64,000 nt of DNA from Octopus vulgaris (taxonomy: Eukaryota). The position numbers were made by a program, and so were the translations under genes. The stretch covers positions 23,250,001-23,314,000 of the forward strand of contig OX597825.1 in NCBI GenBank assembly GCA_951406725.2, written 5' to 3'. The notes beneath the pieces were generated by a model. The model saw only the letters and a program-made list of their open reading frames with translations. It was not told the origin of the DNA and ran no database searches. Of this stretch, positions 26,950 to 41,312 are shown in pieces (the stretch's first letter is position 1; every line of letters begins with the position of its first letter).

Positions 26950-27750
26950 GACGGACTGAAGAAGGCACAACCTCGAATCCGTCCACTCTATATCCTTGCA
27001 CAGAACTCATCTTAACAGTTGGCTCTCCCATTTCGCTTGCAAGACCAAACCGTACAAATACCAAAGAAATACCAAACCACCTGTAGTTTAGTATTTCTTC
27101 GTCGTCCTCAGATGATTCCAACTCGTATCATATTACCAGATATTGTAGTCACTTTTTGTCTCATGACTTACCAACCACTCTCTGATGCTAAACTCTCAAC
27201 CCTTAGCTGATATCTTTGTGTTATCCCTCGCAAATGCGAGGGAGACGAATTCCAGACAAGCATCGAACCTAAAAGATTCCATCGACGTCCCCAGCTGAAG
27301 GCTTACTTTCTTTGTCATTTCATCAACAAGGATGATTCTCCTGGTTTCAGACTGTTTCTCGGAACTCGAGCATAACTATTCCAAGAGGACACCTACCTCT
27401 TTTAAACTTGGAACAGCACAATTCTTTGGATATGCTCCTGTCACATATTAAAGGGATGAAAATCATTTCGACTTAATTTTTTAAAAAAAAGACGACAAGG
27501 GTTGCGTTAAAACCGTTTCTCTGGAGTTCGTCACTCTCCGCCACTGCAGTGACTCTATGATCAACCCGGCTGATAAACGTAGAGCAGATGTGATTAACGA
27601 GCTGATCTCTCAAGGGAGGGAGTCCTTCATTAACTTAATGACCTCCAATTCAAAACAGAAATTTCTCAGCGATGATACACTTACATACGAAAACCTAGTT
27701 TCTACCACGGTACGCCACCACATCTTTCCATTTTCGTCAACTGACATCAA
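26950..27750 (+). mobile_element. Decayed Penelope-like retroelement, N-terminal ORF fragment with a hammerhead remnant upstream
   Basis: Broken frames give LSDAKLSTLS*YLCVIP, DEFQTSIEPKRFHRRPQLKAYF, INPADKRRADV and LSDDTLTYENL. These resemble PLE motifs (LSKGLxFxP, FxRRLRLKAYF, IKPADKGGAVV). CTGAAGA-AGG-cacaa-CCT-CGAA at 26956-26977. Confidence 0.65.
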
Positions 27751-28586
27751 CCTCATACTTGAAACACACTACACTCTCTACCCTCATCTTCTTCCTCCTC
27801 TAAATCCTTAATCTCAATACTCCCGATTCTTTCCTTTTCTCTACCTATAGTTTTTCCACAAAACTATTAATTTGTAGTTACCTTGACCAACTTCTATCTC
27901 CCTGCATTGCTATTCGTCCACCTTACATTAAAGACACAAATCCCGCACTCCGTCTCTTTGCTTCTAGGCCTGCTAAACTCCATTCCCTGCGAACCTTTAT
28001 ACACCATCATCCCCCAAGATAAAGGCTTCAGTGTTTCAAATACTTTCCTGATAGCTGCATCACGCTTGGCCCTTGCTCTTCTACCTTTCTCCGCTCACTG
28101 AACTCGTCTTCTTCTACAGTTCCAAATTTTTGCACAAGGCCAGCAATTTCAGGGGATGAAGTAAGTCAATTACATCGACCCCACTGCTCAGCTACTACTT
28201 ATTTTGTCGACCCCCCGAAAGGATGAAAGGCAAAAATCGACCTCGGCGCAATTTGAACTCAGAACTTGAAGACAGTCGAAATTCTACAAAGCATTTTGTC
28301 CAGCGTGCTAACGATTCTGCCAGCTCGCTGTCTTAACTTTATTAATGGTATTGGTTTAAAATTTTGGGGGGAGGTCAGCAATCTGGGGGAAAAGAATAAG
28401 TCATTTACATTGACCCCAGTGTTCAACTGGTACTTATTTTATCGACCCCGATAGGAAGAAAGGTGCAGTCGATCCTAATGGCGTTTAAACTCGTGATGTA
28501 AAGTCGGAAGACATGACGAAGAAATGTCGCTTAGCACGTTTCCGGTGCGGTAACGATTCTACCAGCTCGCCGCCTTAAACTATATT

Positions 28587-28976
28587 TCTATATATATAAA
28601 GCTGAAGTTCTCTGAGTATGGTAGGTTTGGTAGCCTTCAACTAACACTGTCTCCTCCGAGACCCCGCGACGCAAGTTGACCAAAACTGAGAGTATGATAG
28701 AAGAAGGCTGGCTCTTCCTTCCGTAGAAGAAAAAATTCAAATTGGACCATGTTAACACCAAAAATTATTTACATCAAAAAGGTGCTTTTTCTCTATGAAA
28801 ATCCCTATTTTTTACGATTTTTTTATTGCTGTGTCGCCATTTTTCGGTGTATTTCAACCAGAAAAATGTTCACTTAAAGAGAATAACAAGCTACATAATG
28901 CAAAATTTTTACTTTTCAAAAATTCCAATTCTAAAGGGTCGAAACAAACCCGAGCAACGCCGGGCGATACTGCTAG
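28587..28976 (+). mobile_element. Non-autonomous Helitron
   Basis: TCTATATATATAAAGCTGAAG start and cccgagcaacgccggg...CTAG end. Confidence 0.75.
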
Positions 28977-30365
28977 TTAAGGATATAAATAATCCTTTTA
29001 GTTAGTCCGTAGCTATATTATCAAGCTTTATTCTTCCCATACTGCTATAAAGACGCCTCACGGCGATGCAGATTTTCAAGGATACAACGTCAATACGTCT
29101 AATTAAACATGCAAACTTGTCAGCAGGTGCGTTTGAAAATGAAGTTCCTTTCAAATTGGGTTTTTTAGGACTAAATATTTTGATGATATTTTTTTTATCA
29201 ATTGCAGCTGAAAGCTGTGGCCACGCTGGGGCACCTGGCAGAATCGTTAGCACGCTGGACGAAATGCTTAGCAGTATTTCGTCTGTCATTACGTTCTAAG
29301 TTCAAATTCCACAGAGGTCGACTTTGCCTTTCATCCTTACGAGGTCGATAAATTAAGTACCAAGTGCGTACTGGGATCGATCTAATCGATTGGCTCTCTC
29401 CCACCAAATTTCAGGCCTAGTGCCTATAGTAGGAAGGGATTATTGAGAACCTCCTCTGATATATGGCATTTGGTGAATAAGGAGTGAATATAAAGAATAT
29501 AATTTGGATTTTGGTTTCTGTTAGAAAAACAAATATATTCATATCTTAAAATTACGAGTTAACAATAAATTTATTTATGTATAATTAATCATTTATTTTT
29601 GTATAATTAGTTATTTATTCTTATTTATTAACATTTAGGCGCAGGAGTGGCTGTGTGGTAAGTAACTTGCTTACGAACCACATGGTCCCGGGTTCAGTCC
29701 CACTACGTGGCACCTTGGGCAAATGTCTTCTACTATAGCCTCGGGCCGACCAAAGCGTTGTGTGTGGATTTGATAGACGATAGAAGACCGTCATATATAT
29801 GTATATGTGTGTGTATGTCTGTGTTTGTCTCCCCCACCAACATCGCTTGACAACCGATGCTGGTGTGTTTACGTCCCCGTAATCTAGCGGTTCGGCAAGA
29901 GACCGATAGAATAAGTACTAGGCTTACAAAGAATAAGTCCTGGGGGTCGATTCGTCTGTCCTTGTTTGTCCCCTCTATGTTTAGCCCCCTTGTGGACAAT
30001 AAAGAAATAAGAATAGACATCTTCACGGCTACCTGAAACACTTCTTTTGTCCAATAGAAGGCACAACCTTCTTTTCTCTATCCATTGCTAGATCTTGAAA
30101 CAAGTTTCACAAAATACGGCTTATGGGCCTTACAATCTGTAGGAACCTCAGAATAATGGAAGGAAGTAAGTGCTTTCAGTGACTGTGAGGTCTTTTGGTG
30201 TATATTTTAAATAAAAGTCCACGGGTTTTACACAGCTCAGATAAGTACTTCTCAAACTGGGTTCTATGAACAATTTTGAAGTTTCTCGAGATAAAGAGTC
30301 CGTTAATAAATGTTAATAAAAATGTATTACATACATACATACATGCATGCATGCATGCATGCATG

Positions 30366-30416
<51 letters not shown>

Positions 30417-31481
30417 AAAGACCCCCTTCAGTTATGAATGACCATGGGATTGCGCCTAGAAAGTTACCTTCTGATGTACAAGTCCGGACAAGGTTGTTTT
30501 ATGGATGACTAGCAGTCGCCCATACATACCGGCCTCCCCTCTGCATCCCACCAATGTTATTCAATGGAAAGGCAAAGGAGCCGATACAGCTTGGCACCAG
30601 TGACATCGCAACTCATTTCAACAGATGAGTGAACTGGAGCAACGTGAAATAAAGTGTCTTGCTCAAGAACGCAACACACAACCCGGTCCGAGAATCGAAC
30701 TCACTACATTATGATCGCGAGCCCGACGCTCTAACCACCGAGTCACACACACACACATACACACAATATTATTAGTCCTTGTATATCATACTTAACGTAA
30801 AAATTTACTGCGCTATTTGTCCGAGGATATCTCTTACGTACATACTATTATTTACGGACGAATAACATAAATTTGTCTTTTTCATGAGATATCTAAGTTA
30901 AGTATGATACCCAGCTGGCTATTGTAATCTAACACCACTTCTGTTGTATATACTTTTTGCTCTTTTACTTTTTTCAGTCATTTGACTGCGGCCATGCTGG
31001 AGCACCGTCTTTATAGTCGAGCAGTGAGGGCGCGTGGCTTAGTGGTTAGGGCATTCGGCTCATGATCGTAAGGTTGTGAGTTCGATTCCCGGCGACGCGT
31101 TGTGTCCTTGAGCAAGACACTTTATTTCACGTTGCTCCAGTCCACTCAGCTGGCAAAAATGAGTTGTATTTGTATTTCAAAGGGTCAGCCTTGTCACTCT
31201 CTGTGTCACGCTGATTATCCCCGAGAACTACGTTAAGGGTACACGTGTCTGTGGAATGCTCAGCCATTTGCACGTTAATTTCACGAGCAAGCTGTTCCGT
31301 TGATCGTATCAGCTGGGACCCTCGTCGTCGTAACCGGCGGAGGTCGAGCAAATCGACCCCAGGACTTACTCTATGTAAGTCTAGTACTTATTCTATTGGT
31401 CTCTTTTGCCGAACCGCTAAGTTACGGGGCCGCAAACACACCACCATCGGTTGTCAAACGATGTTGGGGGGACCAACACAG

Positions 31482-31548
<67 letters not shown>

Positions 31549-34500
31549 TATTAGAGGGAAACCACTTTTGTCTTGCTCGATTACGTTTTGGGTTTTGGTT
31601 GTTTTGCTAAATTTTTCTTGAGATCATTTCTTAGTTGTAAGACCATAGCGGATCTATTTCTAGCATAAGGGTGTCTACATAGTGTTTTCCCTCTAATATG
31701 TATATAATACAATTTTACTGAACCTTCAGTTTTTTTACATGCTAAACCACTGGTGTGAAATCGATGTTAATTAAATTAATATCTAATTTCTCACCCTCAT
31801 TTTAAATATATATATATATATATATACGACGGGCTTCTTTCAGTTTCCGTCTACCAAATCCAATCACAAGGCTTTGGTTGGTCCGAGGCTGTAGTAGAAG
31901 ACACTTGCCCAAGGTGCCACGCAGTGGGACTGAACCTGGAACCTTGTAGTTCGTAAATATATACTCGATTTTTATGTTTCAAACATAGTTTCCCTTTACT
32001 TTTTTCACTGAAGTGCGCAACTAATCTTTTATTTATTTATTTATATATTTATTCTTTTTGTAATTTCCAGTGTTCTGCAAAGCTAAAAAGATTCAATCCG
32101 ATATTTGAGACTTCCTTCGATTCCACTGGCATTCGTGGGTTCCGGTCACCTATGAAAACAACGTCGTTTCAAACTGCCAAGGATTAAGGGCTATTAACAG
32201 ATGCCAATGTATTGTTAATGGTTGCCTTCAGTTTTTTCAGATCATTTTTGTATAACTTTCTAATCAGGCTTATTCCATGACTATTTTGCGTATTTTCCAG
32301 CAGTCGCTTGGCAACCTTGAAAGATCTATCCCATCCACTTCATATGACCGTCAAGCCAGCACGACCGCTGTTCCTGGCTCAGTTAATAATAATAATAATA
32401 ATAATGAAATTATTGTATACAGTGCTCAAGTGCACCACAAGGATGAAAAGCAAAGTCGACCTCGGCGGAATTTGAACTCAGAACGTAACGGCAGACGAAA
32501 TACGGCTACGCATTTCGCCCGGCGTGATAACGTTTCTGCCAGCTCGCCGCCTAAAGAAGTGGTCGGATATTCAAATCATTTTAGAGTGATAGCCACACTT
32601 CAATACTTTACACTAAAATAATAATACGTAATTCATATACAAGACATACAAGATAATCGGTAAACAGCACCTTTATAAAATATAAATTTCGATTTCACCT
32701 TCTGCTACATATTCAGCGCGTTGATGTGGAAGGGAAGTAATCGTAAAGGAAAATCAGTTCGAGTTACTTCCCCTATATAACACCCGTCTAAGAAGATTTT
32801 AGACGAAGAATATTTAAGTTTCTACATGTAGATAAAAATAAAAAGAAAGGAATTATGAGACAGGAAGAGTTACGAGAGAGAGAGAGACAGACAGAGAGAG
32901 AGAGAGGGAGAGAGACAGACAGACAGACACAGAGAGACAGAGACAGAGAGACAGTGATAGAGACAGTGTAGAAGAAGATGTAGTTTCATACGAAGAAAAT
33001 TGTGATACTCGCTATCAATTAACAAGTGCAGGCGTGGCTTAGTAGTGAAGAGATTGTTTCCCAACCACATGGTCCCGGGTTCAGTTCCACAGCGTGGCAC
33101 TTTGGCCAAATATTTTCTTCTATAGCCTCGGGCCGACCAAAACCTTGTGAGTGGATTTGGTAAACGGAAACTGAAAGAAGCCCATCGTATATATTTTTAT
33201 ATATATATATATATATATCAGCGTGTTGGTGTTTTTTACGTTCCTGTAACTTAGCGGTTCGACAAAAGACCGATGGAATAAGTACGTGACATAAAAGGAA
33301 AAAAAGTATTGGGGTCGATTCATTCGACTAAAAATTCTAGGCGATGCTCCAGCATGGCCGCAGTGTTTCCCAACCACATGGTCCCGGGTTCAGTTCCACT
33401 GCGTGGCACTTTAGCCATATATTTTCTTCTATAGCCTCGGGCCAACCAAAACTTTGTGGGTGGATTTGGTAAACGGAAACTGAAAGAAGCCCATCGTATA
33501 AATTTATATATCAGCGAGTGTGTTGGTGTTTTTACGTTCCTGTAACTTAGCGGTTCGACAAAAGACCGATGGAATAAGTACGTGACGTAAAAGGAAAAAA
33601 AAAAAGTATTGGGGTGGATTCGTTTGACAAAAAAATTCTTCAAGGCGATGCCCCAGCATGGCTGCGGTCAAATAAGTGAAAACAAGTAAAAGGTACCATT
33701 CGAGGTCAGCTTTATCGTTTCATTCTTCGAGTGGAGGAGGCGATAATATAAAATAGCAGTCAAAATGTCGAGGTAGATGTAACACACACATATACAAACG
33801 ACAGGCTTCTTTCAGTTTCCGTCTACCAAATCCACTCATAAGGTTTTGGTCGGCCTGAGGCTATAGTAGAAGACACTTGCCCAAGGTGTCACTTAGTGGG
33901 ACTGAACCCAGAACCACGTTGTTGGGAAGCAAGCTTCTTATCCAAACAGCTATGCTGCACCTATGTCAAACTGTTGACAATGACTTAGATGGCAAAAACT
34001 TCAAAGTTACTGTCAACAACGTTCTTGGTTAAGAATAATAAATTTGTACTCTATATATATGTATATATCTATGTGCATGTGTCTTTGTGTCTGTTTGTCC
34101 TCCCCAACATCACTGCTTGGCAACTGGTGTTGGTTTGTTTACGTCCCTGTAACTTAGTGGTTCAGCAAAAAAGACTGATAGAATAAGTACTAGGCTTAAA
34201 GAAATTAAGTAAGTCCTGAGGTCAATTTGCTTGAGTAAAGATGGTACTCCAGCATGGCCAGTCAAATGATTGAAACAAGTAAAGGAATAAAAGAAGAGAA
34301 TATATATCTGTGTGTGTGTGTGTGTGTATCTCTCTCTCTCTCTTTCTCTTTTACCTGTTTCAGTCATTTGACTGCGACCATGCTGGAGCACCGCCTTTAG
34401 TCAAGCAAATTGACCTCAAGACTTATTCTTTGGAAGCCTAGTACTTATTCTATCAGTCACTTTTACCAAACCACTAAGTTACGGGGACGTAAACACACCA

Positions 34501-35802
34501 GCATCGGTTTTCAAGTGATGTTGTGGGGGGCAAACACAGACACAAACATATACACACACATACCCTTTACTCTTTTACTCTTTTACTTGTTTCAGTCATA
34601 TGACTGTGGCCATGCTGAAGCACCGCCTTTAATCGAGCAACTCGACCCCGGGACTTATTCTTTTTGTAAGCCCAGTACTTATTCTATCGGTCTCTTTTGC
34701 CGAACCGCTAACTAACGGGGACATAAACACACCATCATCGGTTGTCAAGCAATGCTAGGGCGACAAACACAGACACACATATATATATACATATATACGA
34801 CAGACTTCTTATATATATATATATATATATATATATACGGACTTATATATATATATATATACACACATACACATATGATGGGCTTCTTTCAGTTTCCGTC
34901 TACCAAATCCACTCACAAGGCTTTGGTCAGCCTGAGGCTATAGTAGAAGACACTTGCCCAAGGTGCCATGTAGTGGGAATGAACTCAGAACCATGTGGTT
35001 GGTAAGCAAGCTCCTTACCACACAGCCACTCCTGTGCCTATATGTATGTATGTACATACATATATGCATTTTTTTCAATTTCTACATACCAGAACCACTC
35101 ACAAGTCTTTGGTCAACCTTAGAATAAAAGACAAGATACTTTTCTCCTCATTGCATCTGCACGTGAAACCTCATCATTGCACAAAGTCTCATATCAAAAT
35201 AAAATTTACATCTTAGCAGTGAAATCAAAGTAACACATTAGCTTATCCACATACCCCAGGTTCAATTCCTAGCACCTGCACTCAACAATTCTTTAGATTC
35301 TTTTACCAAAATATATATTATTTTTCATGTGGCAACTGGTTGGAACATTTAAAAAAAAAGATCAAATGAATTTGAATGAATTTATTTTAAAAATAAAATG
35401 TAAAATATACAATCGTATATGGTTAACAACAATAAACCCAGGCACCTCACCATTTCAACTCTCACTCTCTCTCTCTCTTTCTCTCTCTATGAATTAACAT
35501 TTTCAAAAAATAGTTTTTTTCTATCAAATATAATATCATTAGAAAGCACAGCTTCATTATACTGATATACAATTTTGTGCATACACGCATATGAATGAAT
35601 ACATACACACACCTAACTTCTCTATATATATGTATGCATACTTATTTCTCAAATAAAATAAATGCACGGTATACATATATATATATATATACATACATAA
35701 ATGCATATATATATACATATACATACATAAATGCATATATATATATATATATATATACATATACATAAATGCATATATATATATATATACATACATAAAT
35801 GC

Positions 35803-35833
<31 letters not shown>

Positions 35834-35846
35834 CATACATACATAA

Positions 35847-35883
<37 letters not shown>

Positions 35884-35946
35884 CATACTCACACACACAC
35901 ACACATATATTTAAATTGAATTTATCAAAATATTTTCATCGCTTTC

Positions 35947-36015
35947 AAACTGCAACCTGTTCACGGACAAAATTCTATGTAGCATAGAATTTTGTCAGTG
36001 AGCAGGTTGCAGTTT
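35947..36015. repeat. Hairpin, 33-bp arms and 3-nt loop
   Basis: AAACTGCAACCTGTTCACGGACAAAATTCTATG paired with CATAGAATTTTGTCAGTGAGCAGGTTGCAGTTT. Confidence 0.85.
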
Positions 36016-36113
36016 CAAGACAAATTAAATTTAAATGTTGAAGTGATTCTAATGGTTTTTGTGCTTTTTTAATGGCTTATAAACATCTTCCATGCTGCAA
36101 TTGTGTGTGTGTG

Positions 36114-36151
<38 letters not shown>

Positions 36152-36154
<3 letters not shown>

Positions 36155-37016
36155 GGTGCAATGGGTAAATTGTCACCATCTTATATTTTTTATTTCGAGC
36201 ATTGTTTTATTTTTGATTTTGTCGACTACACTGCATAGTAGGGTCAGTTGAGCACTGTCTGTGAGTAAAATAGCACCATGACACAATTCACTCTGCCAGA
36301 AATTTGGAAACAACATGCTGTACTACTTGGCATTCATGCCAGAAGCTCCAATATGAACATTTCAGACTGTTTGGGTGTCAATTTGAGGACATTTAGCAAG
36401 ACTGATGAAAATCTAACATCCAGTCAACATCATGGTGTTTGGAGTGATCACTAGATATGGTGACATTATTCTTCCATTCATCTTCCCACACGGCTACAGG
36501 CTCAGCACAGAGCTCTACATCAAGTGCCTGCAGCAAGTAGTGCTACCCCGGGTCAATTTGGCTGCTGCAAGATCCTATGTCTGGTAACAGGACTCTGCAC
36601 CATACCACACAAGCAGGAGAACCCAGTCATGGCTGTCAGACAATTTCTGCAACCGCATAGCCCCTAACATCTGGCCATCTAACTTCCCAGACTGCAACCC
36701 CTTTGATTATTATATGTGGAGCAGAATTGAGCGAGAGACCAACAAAACTCCTTGTAACACCAAAGATGAACTGAAGGCAAGGATCATGGCAGCATTCAGC
36801 AACTTAAACAAGGAGACTGTCCAGAAGAGTAGCAGTAGATTCTGAAGTCATCTAGAGACCATGGTTGAAGCCAATGGCGATTTTATTGAATAAATTTACT
36901 CATTAGTTTTTCAAGATATTTTTATGTAATTTAGGTAAACATGTCTATTAAAATGAGATGTCAGTACTAATTTAATATCTGCGTAATTTTGATGACAATA
37001 TATTCACCACACCCTG
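36152..37016 (+). mobile_element. Degenerate Tc1/mariner-superfamily element
   Basis: CAGGGTG...CACCCTG termini flanked by TA. Internal WPSNFPDCNPFDYYMW resembles the WPPNSPDLNPLDY catalytic motif. Multiple stops. Confidence 0.85.
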
Positions 37017-37246
37017 TATATATATAATCTCTTCATTATAAGTGTTTGCAGAGTCATCAAGCAGCTTCATCTGATGACCCTGTGAACCCAAACACAAGAT
37101 TCCAGACAGCAAGAGAATGACTCAACCAAAATATAAATATAATTAATCTCATCTAGGGCATTGAGTACTCTTTCTTCCAACAGTCAACACACAATATGCA
37201 TGCAAAAGTATGTGTGTGTGTACATGTATATATGTATGTATGTGTG

Positions 37247-37293
<47 letters not shown>

Positions 37294-37328
37294 CACACAC
37301 ACAACACACATATATATATATATATATA

Positions 37329-38473
37329 CTAGCAGTATCGCCCGGCGTTGCTCGGATTGTAAGGGAAATAACTATATAAGCATTTTTAGAGAGTTATAGC
37401 CAAAAAATAGCAAAAAAATGCATTAAAAATTGAAAAAAAATTAAGGTAAATTTTTTTAAAAATCGTTGACACATCGTAGATATTTTTAGAGAGTTACTTC
37501 CCTTATATAAAAGCGAAAAAAATGCATTCAAATGGAAAAATATGATGGTAAATTTTTTTAAATCGTAGACTCATCGTAGACGCGCGCTAATACCCAGAAG
37601 GGCTCGATATGAATCACGACTATAAGATACCCGCTTTTGGTTAAACTGCACGGCAAAATGTGGGAGTAGTTACGAATCTAAATCGAAGGGGACAGACACA
37701 CAACTTCACTCTTATATAAAGATGCTTTTTTTTTTTCAGTCATAGAGTTAGATTTATGAAGGTCTTCAGTAGAAAATCCTTCGAATTCTGACTCTCTGCT
37801 TGATATAATGAAATTCGTATCCATTTTTTGTCAGAATTACAAATTTTGAAAACACAATAGGAACAAATTTTGGAAAAAAATCTCCCATAATTCATGGAAT
37901 TAAAATTACACTTCGATTTTTGTACAAAACTGTATTTGAAGTGTTTACGAAGTATAATACGTGTTTTCACGAATGTACTAAAGAGATTTACTCTGATATT
38001 CTCATTTAAATATGAATAGGTAAATTCGGGCGGTTTGGTAACGAAAGGGTTTATATAAGTGTCGTCTGTTTATACATAAACACTGTTTCATACTGTCGCT
38101 AATTTACTCTCTTCCAAGAACATTTTCACTCACTCTTATCTGTTAGCTTCCCATACATTTTACTCATGTATCTATCAGCATGATAGAGAGAAACAAATAT
38201 TACATCTAGTTTCACTTTATTCGTTGCACACTGTGTGTGTGCGTTTGCGTGTGCTGTAAACCAGACTAAGAAAAGCATTTGACACACACACCAGAATGTG
38301 AGTTTTCTGTAAATTTTGCTTAATTGGAGTTTAAATTTTAAAAACTGGACCTGGCATGACGCGATGCGTTGTACTCTTAAAAATGCTAGGTAAATTGCAA
38401 TTGAAGAAATCCTATATTGTAGATTTGTATAACTCCCAAAGGGAGGCAGATAAAATCTGCCTTTTATAATGAG

Positions 38474-38474
<1 letters not shown>
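37329..38474 (-). mobile_element. Composite non-autonomous Helitron (left arm of palindrome)
   Basis: 5' TC, 3' CCGAGCAACGCCGGG hairpin followed by CTAG, A|T insertion context. A second Helitron-type 5' end is internal near 37722. Confidence 0.75.
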
Positions 38475-38504
<30 letters not shown>

Positions 38505-38593
38505 AATATATATATACGTGTGTGTAGTTTATATACGTGAATATGAATGCACATCTTGTATGTTTCTGCCATGTCAGTCTACATGTGCATGTG

Positions 38594-38646
<53 letters not shown>

Positions 38647-38662
38647 ATGTACATTATATATA

Positions 38663-39839
38663 TCTCTTATTATAAAAGGCAGATTTTATCTGCCTCCCTT
38701 TGGGAGTTATACAAATCTACAATATAGGATTTCTTCAATTACAATTTACCTAGCATTTTTGAGAGTACAATGCATCGCGTCATGCCAGGTCCAGTTTTTA
38801 AAATTTAAACTCCAATTAAGCAAAATTTACAGAAAACTCACATTCTGGTGTGTGTGTCAAATGCTTTTCTTAGTCTGGTTTACACCACACGCAAACGCAC
38901 ACACACAGTGTGCGACGAATAAAATGAAAGTAAATGTAATATTTGTTTCTGTCTATCACGCTGATAGATACATGAGTAAAATGTATGGGAAGCTAACAGA
39001 TAACAGTGAGTGAAAATGTTCTTGGAAGAGAGTAAATTAGCGACAGAGTGATTTGAGCAAGACTAAACTGAAAGTATGAAACAGTGTTTATGTATAAACA
39101 GACGACACTTATATAAACCCTTTCGTTACCAAACCGCCCGAATTTACCTATTCATATTTAAATGAGAATATCAGAGTAAATCTCTTTAGTACATTCGTGA
39201 AAACACGTATTATACTTCGTAAACACTTCAAATACAGTTTTGTACAAAAATCGAAGTGTAATTTTAATTCCGTGAATTATGGGAGATTTTTTTCCGAAAT
39301 TTGTTCCTATTGTGTTTTCAAAATTTGTAATTCTGACAAAAAATGGATACGAATTTCATTATATCAAGCAGCGAGTCAGAATTCGAAGGATTTTCTACTG
39401 AAGACCTTCACAAATCTAACTCTATGACTGAAAAAAATAAGCATCTTTATATAAGAGTGAAGTTGTGTGTCTGTCCCCTTCGATTTAGATTCGTAACTAC
39501 TCCCACATTTTGCCGTGCAGTTTAACCAAAAGCGGGTATCTTATAGTCGTGATTCATATCGAGCCCTTCTGGGTATTAGCGCGCGTCTACGATGAGTCTA
39601 CGATTTAAAAAAAATTTACCATCATATTTTTCCATTTGAATGCATTTTTTTCGCTTTTATATAAGGGAAGTAACTCTCTAAAAATATCTACGATGTGTCA
39701 ACGATTTTTAAAAAAAATTTACCTTAATTTTTTTTCAATTTTTAATGCATTTTTTTGCTATTTTTTGGCTATAACTCTCTAAAAATGCTTATATAGTTAT
39801 TTCCCTTACAATCCGAGCAACGCCGGGCGATACTGCTAG
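38663..39839 (+). mobile_element. Composite non-autonomous Helitron (right arm of palindrome)
   Basis: Near-identical inverted copy of 37329-38474 with a ~28-bp indel near 39047-39075. Ends ...cgccgggcgatactgCTAG. Confidence 0.75.
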
Positions 39840-40102
39840 TATATATATATATATATATGCACACACACGCATATACATATATATGTGTGTGTGTGTATAT
39901 ACATATATATACATACATACCCACACACACACACACATATATATATATATACACGGTGTGTGTATGCGGCTTATATTTGTGAGTATGAGTGTGCATGTGT
40001 GGCATGTTTCTGCAATATCAATTTATTACATGCTATGCATACACATATATGAATGCATATCCATGTGTGAAGTGATCTCATCCTCATAAATATGTTGACT
40101 AT

Positions 40103-40640
40103 ATGAGGAGATAACGAAAAGTAACCTGAAACGTTCTCTGAAGGACAAGCCTGTTGTAGTTCAGGCTTCTGCTGCTAGAAGCCACTTGATGCGACCCTCA
40201 GGCATCAGTCTACAAATCGGCATCTTTGAGTGTACTCCTACTACCATGTGGTGCATCTTTGTTTTGCACTGCTTCTTCCTTGTTCGTTGATTTTTGCAAT
40301 GACTGAATCAAAGGTACAGTGTGCTTCTGTGAAATTCTGTTTTTTGCTGGAGAAAACGACAGCTGAAACAGTTGTCATACTTCAAACAGCTTACAAGGAT
40401 ACTGCCATGAGCAAAACACAAGCTTACCAGGGGTTTTCATGCTTTAGCAATGGTCACTTATCGTTTGAAGACCAACCTCATTCAGGGCAACTGTCAACCT
40501 CCCAAACGAATGGAAACATCACAAATATTCATGAACTCATCTTGACCTTCACTGAACAATTGATGAAGTTGTTGCTATGACTGGTATGTTCCGGAGTTCC
40601 TGCCATCGAACTTTGAGCGAGGAATTGTGAATGAAAACAG
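40103..40640 (+). mobile_element. Mariner 5' fragment (second family)
   Basis: VKFCFLLEKTTAETVVILQTAYKDTAMSKTQ...EDQPHSGQLSTS is a mariner HTH region. A related leader fragment lies on the minus strand near 42710-42790. Confidence 0.8.
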
Positions 40641-40895
40641 ATGCATGTAACTCACTCAACTACAAATCCTGGGAGGTGAGGGTCAGCGTCTTGCTGATGG
40701 CCAAGGGGACTGAATTAGAAGTGCGTAGGGGATGGACAATGCAGCTTCTTGTAGATGATCTGCATGGTCACTCACATCTAGTAGGGGAAAGTGAGAGAAA
40801 GGGAAAATGAACAGAAGAAGCTGCAAGAAATAGATATGTTTGGTAAGAGCAGCTGAAATGAATCTAGAATACTGTATACTTTGATTAATATGTGT

Positions 40896-40932
<37 letters not shown>

Positions 40933-40933
40933 C

Positions 40934-41087
40934 TCATAAAATACAGTGTACATTTATACACATAAAAGGAATCTACTCATGGGATTCTTCACGCTAGGTT
41001 CTAAAACCACCTAGCTGCTCTTTCTAGTGTGATGAATCCCATGGGTGGATTCCTCTTATATGTATAAATGTACACTGTATTTTATGA
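40934..41087. repeat. Imperfect inverted repeat, 64-bp arms
   Basis: Arms 40934-40997 and 41024-41087. Confidence 0.85.
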
Positions 41088-41181
41088 CTAATACATAGTC
41101 TTTTTTGGACTAAATTTTTACATGCTAGGCCACTGGAACTGAAAATTTCTATTAATTCCATTTCCCTTCGATATGATTAAG

Positions 41182-41214
<33 letters not shown>

Positions 41215-41312
41215 ATTAAGATTCAGTTGAATTATGTACTTAAGTTGAGGCACCAAGTCAGTCCGGTATAGTCCGCACAGTTCAAAGTTAGGTGAATAAA
41301 AGAGTAAATAAG

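Noticed and set aside
38126-39427. Paired 148/158-aa and 76-aa ORFs in the palindrome
   Set aside because: They lie in non-autonomous Helitron arms, partly start in microsatellite, and show no Rep or helicase motifs.
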